Under the pieces are notes generated by a model that was not told the origin of the DNA, ran no database searches, and saw only the letters and a program-made list of their open reading frames with translations. From Octopus bimaculoides (lineage: Eukaryota), in contig NC_069002.1 of the NCBI RefSeq assembly GCF_001194135.2, positions 34,274,168-34,308,580 of the forward strand: a stretch of DNA of 34,413 bases, written 5' to 3'. Shown piece after piece: positions 11,960-23,814 of this stretch; position 1 is the stretch's first letter; every line of letters starts with the position of its first letter. The position numbers and the translations under genes were made by a program.

Positions 11960-12406
11960 NNNNNNNNNNNNNNNNNNNNNNNNNNNNNNNNNNNNNNNNN
12001 NNNNNNNNNNNNNNNNNNNNNNNNNNNNNNNNNNNNNNNNNNNNNNNNNNNNNNNNNNNNNNNNNNNNNNNNNNNNNNNNNNNNNNNNNNNNNNNNNNNN
12101 NNNNNNNNNNNNNNNNNNNNNNNNNNNNNNNNNNNNNNNNNNNNNNNNNNNNNNNNNNNNNNNNNNNNNNNNNNNNNNNNNNNNNNNNNNNNNNNNNNNN
12201 NNNNNNNNNNNNNNNNNNNNNNNNNNNNNNNNNNNNNNNNNNNNNNNNNNNNNNNNNNNNNNNNNNNNNNNNNNNNNNNNNNNNNNNNNNNNNNNNNNNN
12301 NNNNNNNNNNNNNNNNNNNNNNNNNNNNNNNNNNNNNNNNNNNNNNNNNNNNNNNNNNNNNNNNNNNNNNNNNNNNNNNNNNNNNNNNNNNNNNNNNNNN
12401 NNNNNN
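11960..12406. other. Assembly gap (N)
   Basis: N run within (TA)n. Confidence 0.99.
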
Positions 12407-12455
<49 letters not shown>

Positions 12456-12579
12456 GATATATTCATAGATATATTCATCCATCTATTCATGCACACACGC
12501 GTATAGGTAAACATATGAGTATATATATGTGAATATTTTAAAATTTGTGTGTATATACATACATATATATATACACACA

Positions 12580-12617
<38 letters not shown>

Positions 12618-12817
12618 TTGCATATGGTTTTATTGAAATACGTGCACCTAAACACGTATTTACTGAAACACAATGACATACGCACATACCTGTACATCCT
12701 CACGCGTGCACACACGTTTAGCCCAGATAATGAACAACGGCGCTACGCCTTATTACTTCCATACACCCCTATACGCATGTCTTATTTCTGTTTCTCATTA
12801 AGGCCCCGGCAGATCAT

Positions 12818-12955
12818 AACCAGCACCACTACCACCGCCGCCAAGATAACCATGTTATCCACCATCTCCACAAACACCACCCTCACCACTACCACTAAGA
12901 ACACTCCAGCCGACTCCACTACGACTAACACCACCCCAGCCAACATCATTGCCAC
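12818..12955. repeat. (ACC/AAC)-rich low-complexity tract
   Basis: accactaccaccgccgcc...caccaccctcaccactaccact. Confidence 0.8.
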
Positions 12956-13309
12956 GGATCGTCTAACTTTCTGTTTCTCCCAGAAGCAAACAAAATAGCC
13001 GTATCCCTCCTCTTTTCTACACAGCCCCGTTCCACAACCGAAAATCAATATGAACAGATCAAAGTCGAATAGTATCAAACTAGTATTGATCTTCAGCTTG
13101 AGTGGCGTCAGATGTGTATGAAAATCTCCTCAGAACTACCAAATTTACATCTAATCTAGCAACTATTAGCTTCTGTCAAGATTTCCTACCTCCAATTCTT
13201 TGACTGGAACTGCCATGAAAATGTCAAACAAAATCTTTTGTTTTGGTTAATTACATTTAGAATTATTAATGAGGAAAGAATAAGTGTTATAGTCGAACTG
13301 TAGTAATAA

Positions 13310-13730
13310 AGGTGGCGCTGCGGTTGGTTCTAATGTTGGTGACGGTGGCTGTTACAGTTGCCGTTGTAGTGACCATGTTAGCTAATTTCATAGTTTTAGC
13401 AGTGAAGGCGGTGATGGCCGGAGTGGGGGTTTTGATAAAGGGTGAATTTTAGTGATGGTGGCTCTGTTGGAGTTGGGGGTGGTGGTTATAGATCTAGTAC
13501 TTTTGTTTTTGTGTCTTATTACTGTTGTTGTGATGATGGTGAATTAGGTGTGTCTGGTGGAGTTAGAAATTATAGTTACGCTATCGGTGGTTGTCGCAGC
13601 GGCAGCAGGTTCAGTCGCGCTTTTGTTGTTGAACATGGTGTGGTGGCGGTGGCGGTGAATTTTGCGTAGGCAGTGATGGAGTTGGTGGTGGTGGTGGTGA
13701 AAGTACGTATAGTGGCAGTGGTCGTTGTGT
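13310..13730. repeat. (GGT/GTT)-rich low-complexity tract
   Basis: ggtggtggtggttat...gttggtggtggtggtggtg. Confidence 0.8.
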
Positions 13731-14049
13731 TACCGGGGCCATATATTTATAGACGCAAATGAATGAGAAGACTCTGAAAAAGTGGGAGAGCACAGCCAAG
13801 AGAAAGAAGAAGCGTATTAGAAGAAAAAAATAGATTACGACGAAAAAGAAAGGAGGGAGAAGAGAAGGAAGTTGAGCACATTGTGTTTAAAAATCTAGTG
13901 TCGGGTGACGTAATTTATGTATATATTTGTTTTGCGTTTTGACGTCAGCGGCAGCAGTAGCATTGTAGTGATTGTGGTGAGGTGAGCGAACAGGCCGGTT
14001 GTTGTGTCTCTGTCAGTCAGGGCGGTTGTGGTGTTTCCGTGTCTGTTTT

Positions 14050-14561
14050 AGCTTTCGCGAAGTTACTCTTGTATGGCATAAGAATAAATCCTTTCTAGTA
14101 TAGGCTCACGGCCTGAAATTTGGGCGAGGGAAGATATTTATTGTTGGTATTGTGGGTAAGTTATTACATTACTTGTGTTCGCATTGGTGGCTTTGTGGAG
14201 GCGCGTGGGTTACGTTAGGGTGTTGGACTCATGATCGTAAGATTATAGTTTCGATTCCTGATCCGGGCGACATTTCATTCCAAGTTGCTCCAGTTCTCAC
14301 AGCTGGAAAAAAAATGAGTGATCCTGCAACGGACCGGCGTCCCATCCAGGTGAGGAATGTATAGCCGTAAAAGTCGGGAAACCGGCCCTTATGGAGTTGG
14401 CCTAGCTCGAGAAGGAAACATTACCTTTACCAAACAGTGGTTTTAGAACCTGGCTGATTTACTTTTGCACCTGATAATGGAAAGCCATTATATTAAGATT
14501 TCTAGGAGTGTTGTTAATGGTTGAGCTTTCGCGAAGTTATTGTTGTATGACATAAGAATAA
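14050..14561. repeat. 38-bp direct repeat pair (14050-14087 and 14524-14561)
   Basis: agctttcgcgaagttactcttgtatggcataagaataa vs agctttcgcgaagttattgttgtatgacataagaataa (3 mismatches). Confidence 0.9.
14195..14431 (+). mobile_element. SINE family C (tRNA head with LINE-like 3' tail)
   Basis: Head gtggaggcgcgtgg...gttagggtgttggactcatgatc...gtttcgattcc; tail ctgcaacggaccggcgtcccatccagg...gggaaaccggcc. Confidence 0.75.
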
Positions 14562-15838
14562 TTTTAGTGAATGCTGATGTTGTGTTTGAGATAGTTGGGC
14601 TTGTGGCAGCGATGCTAAACAAGGCTGCTCTTGTGTTGTTCTATGTGGACATTTTGGTAACAGCGGATGTTCTACATGCCTAAGATAGTCTTGACACGAA
14701 AATGGTTGGCATTTAGGCGTGATGACGGTCGCTGTGTTGCTAGTTATATTGATGTCTATACTAAACCAAGGTGAATTATTAATCGAGACAAAATTTGTTT
14801 CAGGGACGAATTACTTGCTACTTCTAGCAAGCATCACGGCCAGATGATGGCTAATCTTTAACTTCTTATGCACAACCCAGTTCAGTCATATACTATTCGC
14901 ATGCGTACCTGTATGTGTGAATGTGTGAATGAGTATGTGTATGGGTGTACATATATTTAAATGAATTTCTCAATGTGTGCGTACGTGTGTGATTTTGTGT
15001 GTGTTTGTATGTGTACACGTGAGTGTGTGTTTACTTCTAAATTAATTTCTGTGTGCATCTCCCTCTGTATATATAAATATATGTTTACATACGTAGATGC
15101 ATACATACACACATATACACGCATACATATGGCACTTAAGGTAGGTGAGCTACTGTTGTGTTTCATATGCAGAGCTGATCATGTTGTCATGTTGATATGA
15201 TTTGTCGTGTAGAGACAATCCTTCTCTGGTAGTATATCTAAATTCTTAAACATCCATCCTGGTTCATTTGATACCTAGTGTGTGTGGGCCTTCAATATGG
15301 GGGAATAAATCTATATAGGCGTTTGTAGATTATATAATACACGTGTTTGTTGCTGCAGCTATCTGGACACATTTGTTAGTACATACCAATGTATAGTTGT
15401 ATCTGCTTTTGTAAACCTGAGCCTCTCACTATTTCGTGTATGTGTGTATATCGAGGCGTCTGCAGACATGCTTGCGTAAGAGTGATTTCGTTGTAGAAAC
15501 GGTGCTTCACTTGATAACGTGTCAATTTATGACAGGAAAGAAAGAGGTGTTTACGTTTCGGTGTTCCACAAAAGGATCTACAATAAGTGGACGAAATGTT
15601 CTATTCTATGAAACAAGTACATAGTCATTTGCTTGGACACAACTGATTTTCCTACAAAGCATGTCATTCGGGTATTGTTAAGTGTTCTGTGGCAAATTAT
15701 TATTTCAGCAGAGAAATAATAAATAGAAAAAAAAAAATGTCGTGTTCTATTGAGTGATCAATATCATTACCATTGGAATGATGCTATTATATTTAAAGTA
15801 TGGAAATGTGTAAACACGAAGAGATACATTCGTAGAAT

Positions 15839-15978
15839 NNNNNNNNNNNNNNNNNNNNNNNNNNNNNNNNNNNNNNNNNNNNNNNNNNNNNNNNNNNNNN
15901 NNNNNNNNNNNNNNNNNNNNNNNNNNNNNNNNNNNNNNNNNNNNNNNNNNNNNNNNNNNNNNNNNNNNNNNNNNNNNN
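15839..15978. other. Assembly gap with an identical 53-nt sequence on both sides (15786-15838 = 15979-16031)
   Basis: Exact duplication across the N run; probably an unmerged contig overlap. Confidence 0.9.
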
Positions 15979-16251
15979 ATTATATTTAAAGTATGGAAAT
16001 GTGTAAACACGAAGAGATACATTCGTAGAATCACATTAATATCGTGATACTGCAGACTACAATGCACGCACAAAGTAATTATCATCTGATGGAAATGTTC
16101 TGTTAGTATGCCATCATAACTATGATGTGTTGATATGTGGCGTATTGTTAGATATACATATATACACACACATTTATGTATCAGTGTGTGTATATATATG
16201 TGTGTACGCTCTATTCTCTCTCACAATCTCTCTATCTATCTTTTTCTAGAT

Positions 16252-16571
16252 ATATAAATAAATATAGGGATGGTATTATTAAAATACCATCACGAGTGGC
16301 GAGCGAATTATCAGCCGTACAGGCAAATTAATAAAATATATACATACAATATTAGATATGTACATATAAACTTCTATTTTTTATACATACAATATTATAT
16401 ATGTACATATATACTTCTATTTTTAGCGTTGTAGGTACTCATGTAGTGCCCTTGTGTATATATGTACATATCTAATATTGTATGTATATATTTTATTAAT
16501 TTGCCTGTACGGTTGTTAATTCGCTTGTCACTCGTGAAGGTATTTTAATACCATCCCTATATTTATTTATA
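16252..16571. mobile_element. Foldback/MITE-like element with ~115-bp inverted arms
   Basis: 16252-16368 is the near-perfect reverse complement of 16457-16571. TA-rich borders, non-coding centre. Confidence 0.85.
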
Positions 16572-17567
16572 AATAATTTTACACATTTCGTTTGTCCCTA
16601 AAGTGCTTGGTCACTTTAGACGAACTTTTGCAGGCATGATAGGTGAGAATGTTAGTAATAATTTAGCTGACAGACTTTGTCTGATGAAAAATCAGGCGCC
16701 TCTTATATATATATTTATAGGTACATATATATGTGTGTATGTGCGTGAGTATACATATATTTATGTGTTTGTGTGTGTATATATATATATATCCATCGTG
16801 TAGATAGCTTTGTGACTAATAACGTTACAACGTATTTGTTTGTAATTACGATAAAAGTGATTGCTTTTGAATTGTTGGCTACGATAAACAACTCATATGT
16901 CACTTACATAGAGCAAAGATGGCAGAACACATGCTATAACCTCTAATTTTAATTTTAAAAGATATACTATGGCATGACCAGAGACGCTTGTTAAGCATAC
17001 CAATGGCGCTACTAGCCTTGTTGATTCTATACGAAATTTCAATAGCAAGACAAATAGTGCTCAAAGTACTTACTAAATAAATGAATTTAGTTAAAACTCA
17101 AAACGAATTTATGAGGTATTTCGTAAATGTACGTAAAACGCAAACATTGGCGTTTCATCATCCTTTTATAATCCTATGCAGGTTTTGGTGAATCGATTAT
17201 TTTCCGAAAGATTAATGTGTACAGGCTGTCAAGCCCAGGAAATATATATGTGTTTTGAACGCATCACAGGATATGTTGTGTCGTATCAGGATACGTGTGT
17301 CGGATTAAGTCACTGAAAAAGATTTTTTTCACGAAGTTGAAAAAAGTATACAACTGCCAAGTTTCCATTACCAATTCTTAGCTTATTTATTCTCTATGCT
17401 CATATCGTTTTCTAAATTCTACCAACCAATTACATTAGAACTTTCTTTTGCAGGACAGGTATTTATCGACAGTGTTTTAATTTTTATTTATATTGAATTA
17501 GATAATAACCATATTAATTTTGTTCTATATCTGTACTCTAAGTGATGTTCTAATATTCACGCTACCT

Positions 17568-17693
17568 CGACGGGCAAAATGCTTAGCGGTGTTTCGTCTG
17601 TCTTTACGTTCTTAGTTCATATTCCGCTGAGGTCGACTTTGCGTTCCATCTTTTCGGGGTCGATAAATTAAGTACCAGTTGCGTACTGGCTTC
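17568..17693 (+). mobile_element. SINE family B internal fragment flanked by a ~20-bp duplication
   Basis: gaggtcgactttgcgttccatcttttcggggtcgataaattaagtaccagtt core. Flanks gttctaatattcacgctacct (17547-17567) and gttctaattcacgctacct (17694-17712). Confidence 0.85.
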
Positions 17694-17787
17694 GTTCTAA
17701 TTCACGCTACCTTCAACTATTATGTTTTACTCACCCACTCTCTATCAGTCACGGATTTGGTATAAATATATATCCGAGATCAGGGCC

Positions 17788-17955
17788 TCAGGCTAGCAGA
17801 ATAGGGAGCACGTCGGACAAAATGTCTTAGAATTTCATCTTCATTTATACTTTACTTTCTTTGAGATCGACTTTGCCTTCAATCATTTCGGGGTTGATAA
17901 GGTACGTACTAGTTTAGTATTGGGGCCGATGTAATCGACATAGCACCTTCCCCAA
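17788..17955 (+). mobile_element. SINE family B, degenerate
   Basis: ggctagcagaat...agcacgtcggacaaaatg...gatcgactttgccttcaatcatttcggggttgataa...gatgtaatcgac. Confidence 0.75.
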
Positions 17956-18439
17956 ACCTGCTGGCCTTCTGAAAATTTTTTCTGCTCCAAATTAATATAG
18001 CCCACTCACTTAGTCAGTAACTATATTTTGTCAAATGTTCTGTCTTGGAGTTTGAAATTTGTGTGTAGGTACATTTTGCTATATTTTTGTGCAAGAAAAT
18101 TTCTATATTGTTCAGAGTTATTGTCAACAAATATCCATATATAAATTGCATTATTAATTTTAAACAAATATTTTTTTTTATCATCGATCCTAGATGTATT
18201 AATGATAATCATGCAAAACGATATTAATCGATTGTTTTGATAATAATAGTTTAGTTTACTATACATGACGCCAATACTCCCCTGTTATATAGAATTAGTT
18301 AAGAATCAAAGTACACTTTAACAATCTAATTACCAGGATATCCGTAATAAATAACATATGGAATGCATATGCTTACATGTCAGCTTTAAATGGCACAATA
18401 AATACCACTAACAAAATATTAGTTGACCCATATTATAAC

Positions 18440-18528
18440 ACATTTGCTCAAGGTGACACATAGTTGGATTGAACTCCAAACTCTGTGGTTGCAAAGCTAG
18501 TTTCTTAGCTGTTATTATGCCTGCGCCT
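18440..18528 (-). mobile_element. SINE family A head fragment
   Basis: Reverse complement aggcgcaggcat...ttgcaaccacagagtttggagttcaatcc...caccttgagcaaatg resembles the 20723 head. Confidence 0.55.
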
Positions 18529-20574
18529 ACATAAGTATTTGCTTTGTACAACGTCTCAAAGACAGTATATTTCTGGTTTCGTACAAGAAATATCCTTTCA
18601 AAATTTTAATGTGCGTTATAAGGAGAAAAAGTCTACAAAATTGTTACGGTCTGGTACACAAGTGTACTTCTGTTTTCTAATGAACTCGTGCGTGAACATA
18701 AAGATCACATACAGACCTACTATTGAAGCCTTTGTTTAAAAATGTAAAGATTATATAAAAACACAGACTTAATTTTATTTTACAATGATTTTTCCCTCTT
18801 TCTTCATATATTTAATATTATAATATACGAGTGAAGGTTCACATATATAAACAAACAAACATAAAAATAGTGAATATATATCAACAATATTTTTCGGACT
18901 CTCCCTGATGATATTTGCCAACGCGTATCTCCATGTTAAATCATAAATGTGATGCAACTTGTCCAATCGTAGCTAAAATTTATTCTTTACTTTCGGTTAG
19001 TATTTACCCATTATTTTACTGTTTTCATAATGAGTGGGGGGGGGGGTGAAATTGCAATTAGAGCAAATTTACGCTAGCTGTGGAAATGAGACTCAGTGTA
19101 AGAGCATCGTCAAAAGAAACTGATGATGTGGAATACCCAGATATGTCCAGACTTTGCATCATCAGCTTTCCACTTTTACCGAACCAGAGTTCATTTCGTG
19201 CACGGACTAAGTTTCTACAATGTGGAAGAGGTGGGAAGCAGCTGCAGGGAATATTTTTAGTCTAAACCAGCCAAATGTTATAAGCGTAAAATTGAGATTC
19301 TTGCACAACGATAGAGACTAAAAAACAATTTTGACTCAAACTGATATACATGTATTCAGGGATCTCAATAACAAAGCCTTCTGATTGAAATTAAAATATT
19401 CACCCAGACTACTTAAGTTATGCAACATTCTGCAGCTAATTTGAAAGTACATTATGGAGCTTCGATGAGATTTAATTATTTCGATGACTTCGTTTGCAGG
19501 TCACTGTTCACAAAATAGAAATATACATTTCATGTCTCGATTTCGGTTTACCGTTTGTTAAATCACACGCGCACAAATATATATAATTTAACATATATAT
19601 GAATTTTAATACAACCCCCACCCCCCGGAATAAACAAGCTACAATCAAATTGAAACAATTGTTCTGTGCATTATTAACAAATATATGTTTCTGAGTGTTC
19701 CATATTGAACATAGTATCATTATATAAATATTATATATATTTCAGCAATCACTCAATAGCTGCGTACAAGCACGCTATAAGGCGCGTTGCTTTGAGATCA
19801 CTGATATATATATATATATATATATATATAAAGAGAGAGAGAGAGAGAGAGAGGGGGGTGTTTGTGCACATGCGTATGCAGTTTCATATATATTATGTAG
19901 GTTCTGTTATTTCAACATCTTCCAGAAGTATGTCAGTACAATCATGCTCAAAAACAAATCAAAAATTTACCCATAAAAATCACAGAGAGAGAAAAAAAAC
20001 ACATTGCAATTCTCAGTGCAACGACAATAGATATTCGTTTGCGTTTATGTCCTTCGGATGCACATTCATAAAAAAAAAATCTGAAACTCAAGTGGATGTT
20101 TGCATTATTTTTTGCCATACATATCTATGCTATAGAGCTTGCCAGTTACCAGTAGGTCATCATGTTGTTAGCTGGAAGCGGTTTCATATATTGCTGGCAT
20201 TGTCCCAGAAATATATGTAACAAAATAGTCTTAAATTCCATTCAATAGCTGTTATCTCTTCCTTTTGCATGCTCTCTTTCTCTCTCTCTCTCTCTCTTTC
20301 TTCTTCGACTCTTGTTCATGTTCTTTCTCTCTGTGCTGTTTTACAGGTATAATCAAAGTATAGCACTTTATCTTTCATGTTGCGTATATTATGCTTTAGC
20401 AGCGTTGCACTCACACCTCCATCTCTCATTTTCTTTCTATTTCTTTCCTTCTCTCCTCTGTATCTTATCTTGGTTATTTATTCGCTGGCCTTTCTGTTTT
20501 TATCTCTCCTTATTCTGTATATTTAAAGGAAATTGCAAGAACATCAATTGGAAAAATGATGAGGCTAAACAATT

Positions 20575-20722
20575 TATAATAATAATAATAATAACAAGAA
20601 TAGTAATAATAATGATAATAATAATAATAGTAATAATAATGATAATAATAATAATAGTAATAATAATAACAACAACAATGATAATAATAACAATAACAAC
20701 AGTAATAATAATAATAATAATA
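20575..20722. repeat. (AAT)n microsatellite
   Basis: Imperfect aat/aac/gat triplets. Confidence 0.95.
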
Positions 20723-20888
20723 GGCGTAGGAGTGGCTACATGATAAGTAGCTTACTTACCAACCACATGGTTCCGGGTTCAGTCCCACTGCGTGGCACCT
20801 TGGGCAAGTGTCTTCTATAGCTTCGGGCCGACCAAAACCTTGTAAGTGGATTTTGTAGATGGAAACTGAAAGAAGCCTGACGTATATA

Positions 20889-20930
<42 letters not shown>
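20723..20930 (+). mobile_element. SINE family A, 5' half, ending in (TA)(TG)n
   Basis: ggcgtaggagtggct...accacatggttccgggttcagtcccactgcgtggcaccttgggcaagtgtcttc...ggaaactgaaagaagcc. Confidence 0.9.
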
Positions 20931-20932
<2 letters not shown>

Positions 20933-21429
20933 ATAACAGCCTGCAATATATAGAAAGATAACTGATAACCAATCACTGATCTTGCAACAAGCAAAGAATC
21001 TCGATAGGAAATCTATATAAGAGATGAAAGTTGTGATTAGAGATATCAAAATGTTGCTTATAAACAAAACGAAGATAATAGCGGGTTCAGTAAAAATCCA
21101 CAAAACCCGAATATTAGATACAAAATATTGTTGTCATTGATATCGCCCATATCATGAGAAATATACATTGAAACCCGGAATGTCTGAATCTCTGAAAAGC
21201 TTTCGAGATGGCAAATATTACAGGAAATATTTAATGAAATTCTTATTCGCAGTATTTTGGTCTCCTTTCCCTGAAACATATGCTCGCTACTTTGAAATCA
21301 CAACCATAGTAAAATGTCTAATAGACTGTTACTTCCGATCACTAGGTGAGACTTGGAAAATCTCTTATAGAACAGTAAAATTGTAAAGAAAACATTGTCT
21401 GAGAAAATGAAAACAGCAGCAGAGGATAG

Positions 21430-21775
21430 GGGTGAGATATAAGTACTTAAGGATATTGGACATGGAAAACTAATGGAAGAAGAGATGACTTATACAAACT
21501 GAGACTAATGGAAGGTGGAATGCTTGCACAAACTGAGACTTGTTCTCAAGTAAAAATTTAACGGACGGAATAAGCTTGAAGCTACCAAATCATGGAAGTT
21601 CAATCCTTAGATATGGAGCAGAGGGTAATTACGTTGAAGATCGAGGGAAGTTAGACCTAAAGACAAGCAAGTTATTTACGAGACGCGGGATATTTCCCCC
21701 TAAGAGTGCTATAGACACATTATCTACTGAAGAAAAGTGGCGGAAGAGGCCTAACTGGGTGAGAACAGTATTGGG
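21430..21775 (+). mobile_element. R4/Dong-like non-LTR retrotransposon RT thumb relic
   Basis: Across frameshifts: YKYLRIL, LRLVLK*KFNGRNK, SILRYGA, KLDLKTSKLFTRRGIFPPKSAIDTL, GGRGL. These match YKYLGIL...LKSKLNGRNK...VLRY.AG...LDRKTRKLLT..G..HPKSDVDRLY...GGRGL. Confidence 0.8.
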
Positions 21776-21825
21776 TCAGGAACAATTTTGCCTCCTCGTA
21801 GATGTTGCTGTTATAGCAATGCCTG

Positions 21826-22150
21826 ACACATTCCCTGCCCAGTCGGTATGGAATATGCTTACTTCCATTGGAACGAGAGGAAAAGAGTGAATGTTAACTG
21901 TGCAGAGGATGGTAGAGGTAGCAGAAAGAGCCTCCCACCTTTTATGTAGCAAGATGAAGGAGATAAGCTGGAAGCCAGGAGGAGAGGATGGGCAGTAATT
22001 TGGTCACTTCTGCTGACATACCAACGGGAGGGTATTACCTTTCTGTGTCGCAACACCCTGTGATCATTGGATACCGCGTGATGGTATCAAATTCCTCCTG
22101 ACCAAAGTTTCTGACCCTTCGGTGAGTAGAAGTCAAGCGCCTTCTACCTG
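21826..22150 (+). mobile_element. Hero-like non-LTR retrotransposon 3' end (end of RLE domain and 3' UTR)
   Basis: 21831-21998 reads FPAQSVWNMLTSIGTRGKE*MLTVQRMVEVAERASHLLCSKMKEISWKPGGEDGQ*, resembling the Hero-type C-terminus (GF.AQSVW.ML...G..G.....AAERAS.WLW). A second copy lies at 23958-24118. Confidence 0.7.
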
Positions 22151-22634
22151 TAATCTATTATGAATAATAATAGTAATAATGATAATAATAATGTGTGTCA
22201 TAGCTTCTGAATTTTATTGACTGAAAGTGTATTATGTATTTTGGTGTAGAAAGAATGGCTACAGCAAATATTTTGTTCGTTACTACAGATTTGCTTGCCA
22301 ATTGCTTGATGTTAACTAGTTGAGCATATCCCTTAGTTGTTGATAATATGTCCATCTCTGATCCCGAGCAGAAATAGTGGGGGAGCATCATAGTCATGTG
22401 TGAGGAATTTTGCAGGGTTTGAATAATTCACCTCTGGAATCATGCATGTTTCTTTCATCATCCTCAAAGATACGTTATTCAGGGAAGTTTTGAGTGATGT
22501 GGTCAATTCTACCTGAAGAAAATTGTAACTGAGCCCCACCTGTAAGGTCAGGCACTGTTTATCTTGGGATGAGATCACCATGTTACGCACATATGTTTAT
22601 GATACATGTGCCCAGTGTACCCTTCCTTATCAAC

Positions 22635-22745
22635 GGGTAGTCATGACGAGTATATTGGGCTTCGTGTATTTGCACCCCGGTGTCGCTTTGATGTCATGCA
22701 CTGCATTCTCACTCAATAATATTAATAATAATAATAATAGTAATG

Positions 22746-22781
<36 letters not shown>

Positions 22782-22783
22782 AT
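22635..22783 (+). mobile_element. 3' end of a LINE or LINE-tailed SINE with an (AAT)n tail
   Basis: gggtagtcatgacgagtatattgggcttcgt...gtcgctttgatgtcatgcactgcattctcactc runs directly into aataat repeats. Dong-like assignment is inference. Confidence 0.55.
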
Positions 22784-23404
22784 AACGTGAACAACAACGT
22801 TAATGTCAGCAGCATTAATAAAATCGGTATTGGTAGAAATTTGAGCAAAAAATATTAATATATGATGATCATGTTGATGAATATGATTTTCATAAAGATG
22901 ATGCTGAATAGGAGGAGAAGGAAGATGGTGGTGATGATGATGGAGATGATGTAAGACGATAGTGATGGTGATTATAAAATGAATTACGCAGTGAGGATAA
23001 CAGATATCTACTACTACTACTGAAACAGTTTTGTTGTTGTTGAGATTAGTAACAGCCACACAAATAATATTTAATACCGAACTCCAAGGTCACATCAACA
23101 AATATAATTATTTTCGGAATTAAAAATCAAAGAAATATTTGGAAAAATGAACGAGGTCGAGTTTCACTTAATTTTAATGTCATTTTACTATAATTAAATG
23201 AATTCATATTTTCTAATATTTATTACTAATATTATCATAATGATTATCACTAAAGTTTATGATATAAATATTTTTCTAGCTTTTGTTTTTCGTAATACTA
23301 AATTTGCAACTCTTTTTTTTTATACTTTGTGAAGTTTTGGAGGAGAATAAATAATCATTTGCACATAATAAACGGTTGTTCTTGTTGGCATTCTCTTATC
23401 TCAG

Positions 23405-23810
23405 TAAACTGATGTTTGTTGGTTACGACGTCAAAGTTTCCAGTTGAAATGATCAACGGAACAGCCAGCTCGTGAAATTATTTTCTGCTCTAGGCACATG
23501 GCCCGAAAATTTTGGGGAGGGAGCCAGTCGATTGGATAGACCTCAGTAGGCAACTGGTACTTAATTTAGTGATCCTCGTAAAGGACGAAAGGCAATGTCG
23601 ACCGCGGTGGAATGTTAACTCAGAACGCGAAGACAGACGAAATGCCTATAAGCATTTCGCCCGGTGTGCTAACGTTTCTGCCAGCTCGCCACCTTAGCAA
23701 GCTCTTGAAATTAATGTTCATGTAAGTGAGCTCTGAACAGCAACTCGTCCCCTTTACGTAGTTCATAGTGAAATTTTCGTGGCAGAAAATGCAGCAACAC
23801 TGACTCTTTC
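23405..23810 (+). mobile_element. Older SINE 3' segment split by a younger SINE B insertion
   Basis: atgatcaacggaacagccagctcgtgaaatta | insertion | agctcttgaaattaatgttcatgtaagtgagc...; the halves rejoin through the duplicated 14-mer. Confidence 0.55.
23482..23696 (-). mobile_element. SINE family B, near full length, with 14-bp TSD
   Basis: Reverse complement ggtggcgagctggcagaaacgttagcacaccgggcgaaatgc...ggtcgacattgcctttc...taaattaagtaccagttg. TSD agctcgtgaaatta (23467-23480) / agctcttgaaatta (23700-23713). Confidence 0.9.
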
Positions 23811-23814
23811 GAGT

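Noticed and set aside
15786-16031. Identical 53-nt direct repeat around the N gap
   Set aside because: Best explained as an unmerged contig overlap, not biology.
22240-22420. Possible pogo/Tigger DDE relic on the minus strand (MMLPH...ILSTTKGY)
   Set aside because: Similarity to LPPNTTS..QPMDQGII needs several indels; too weak without a search.
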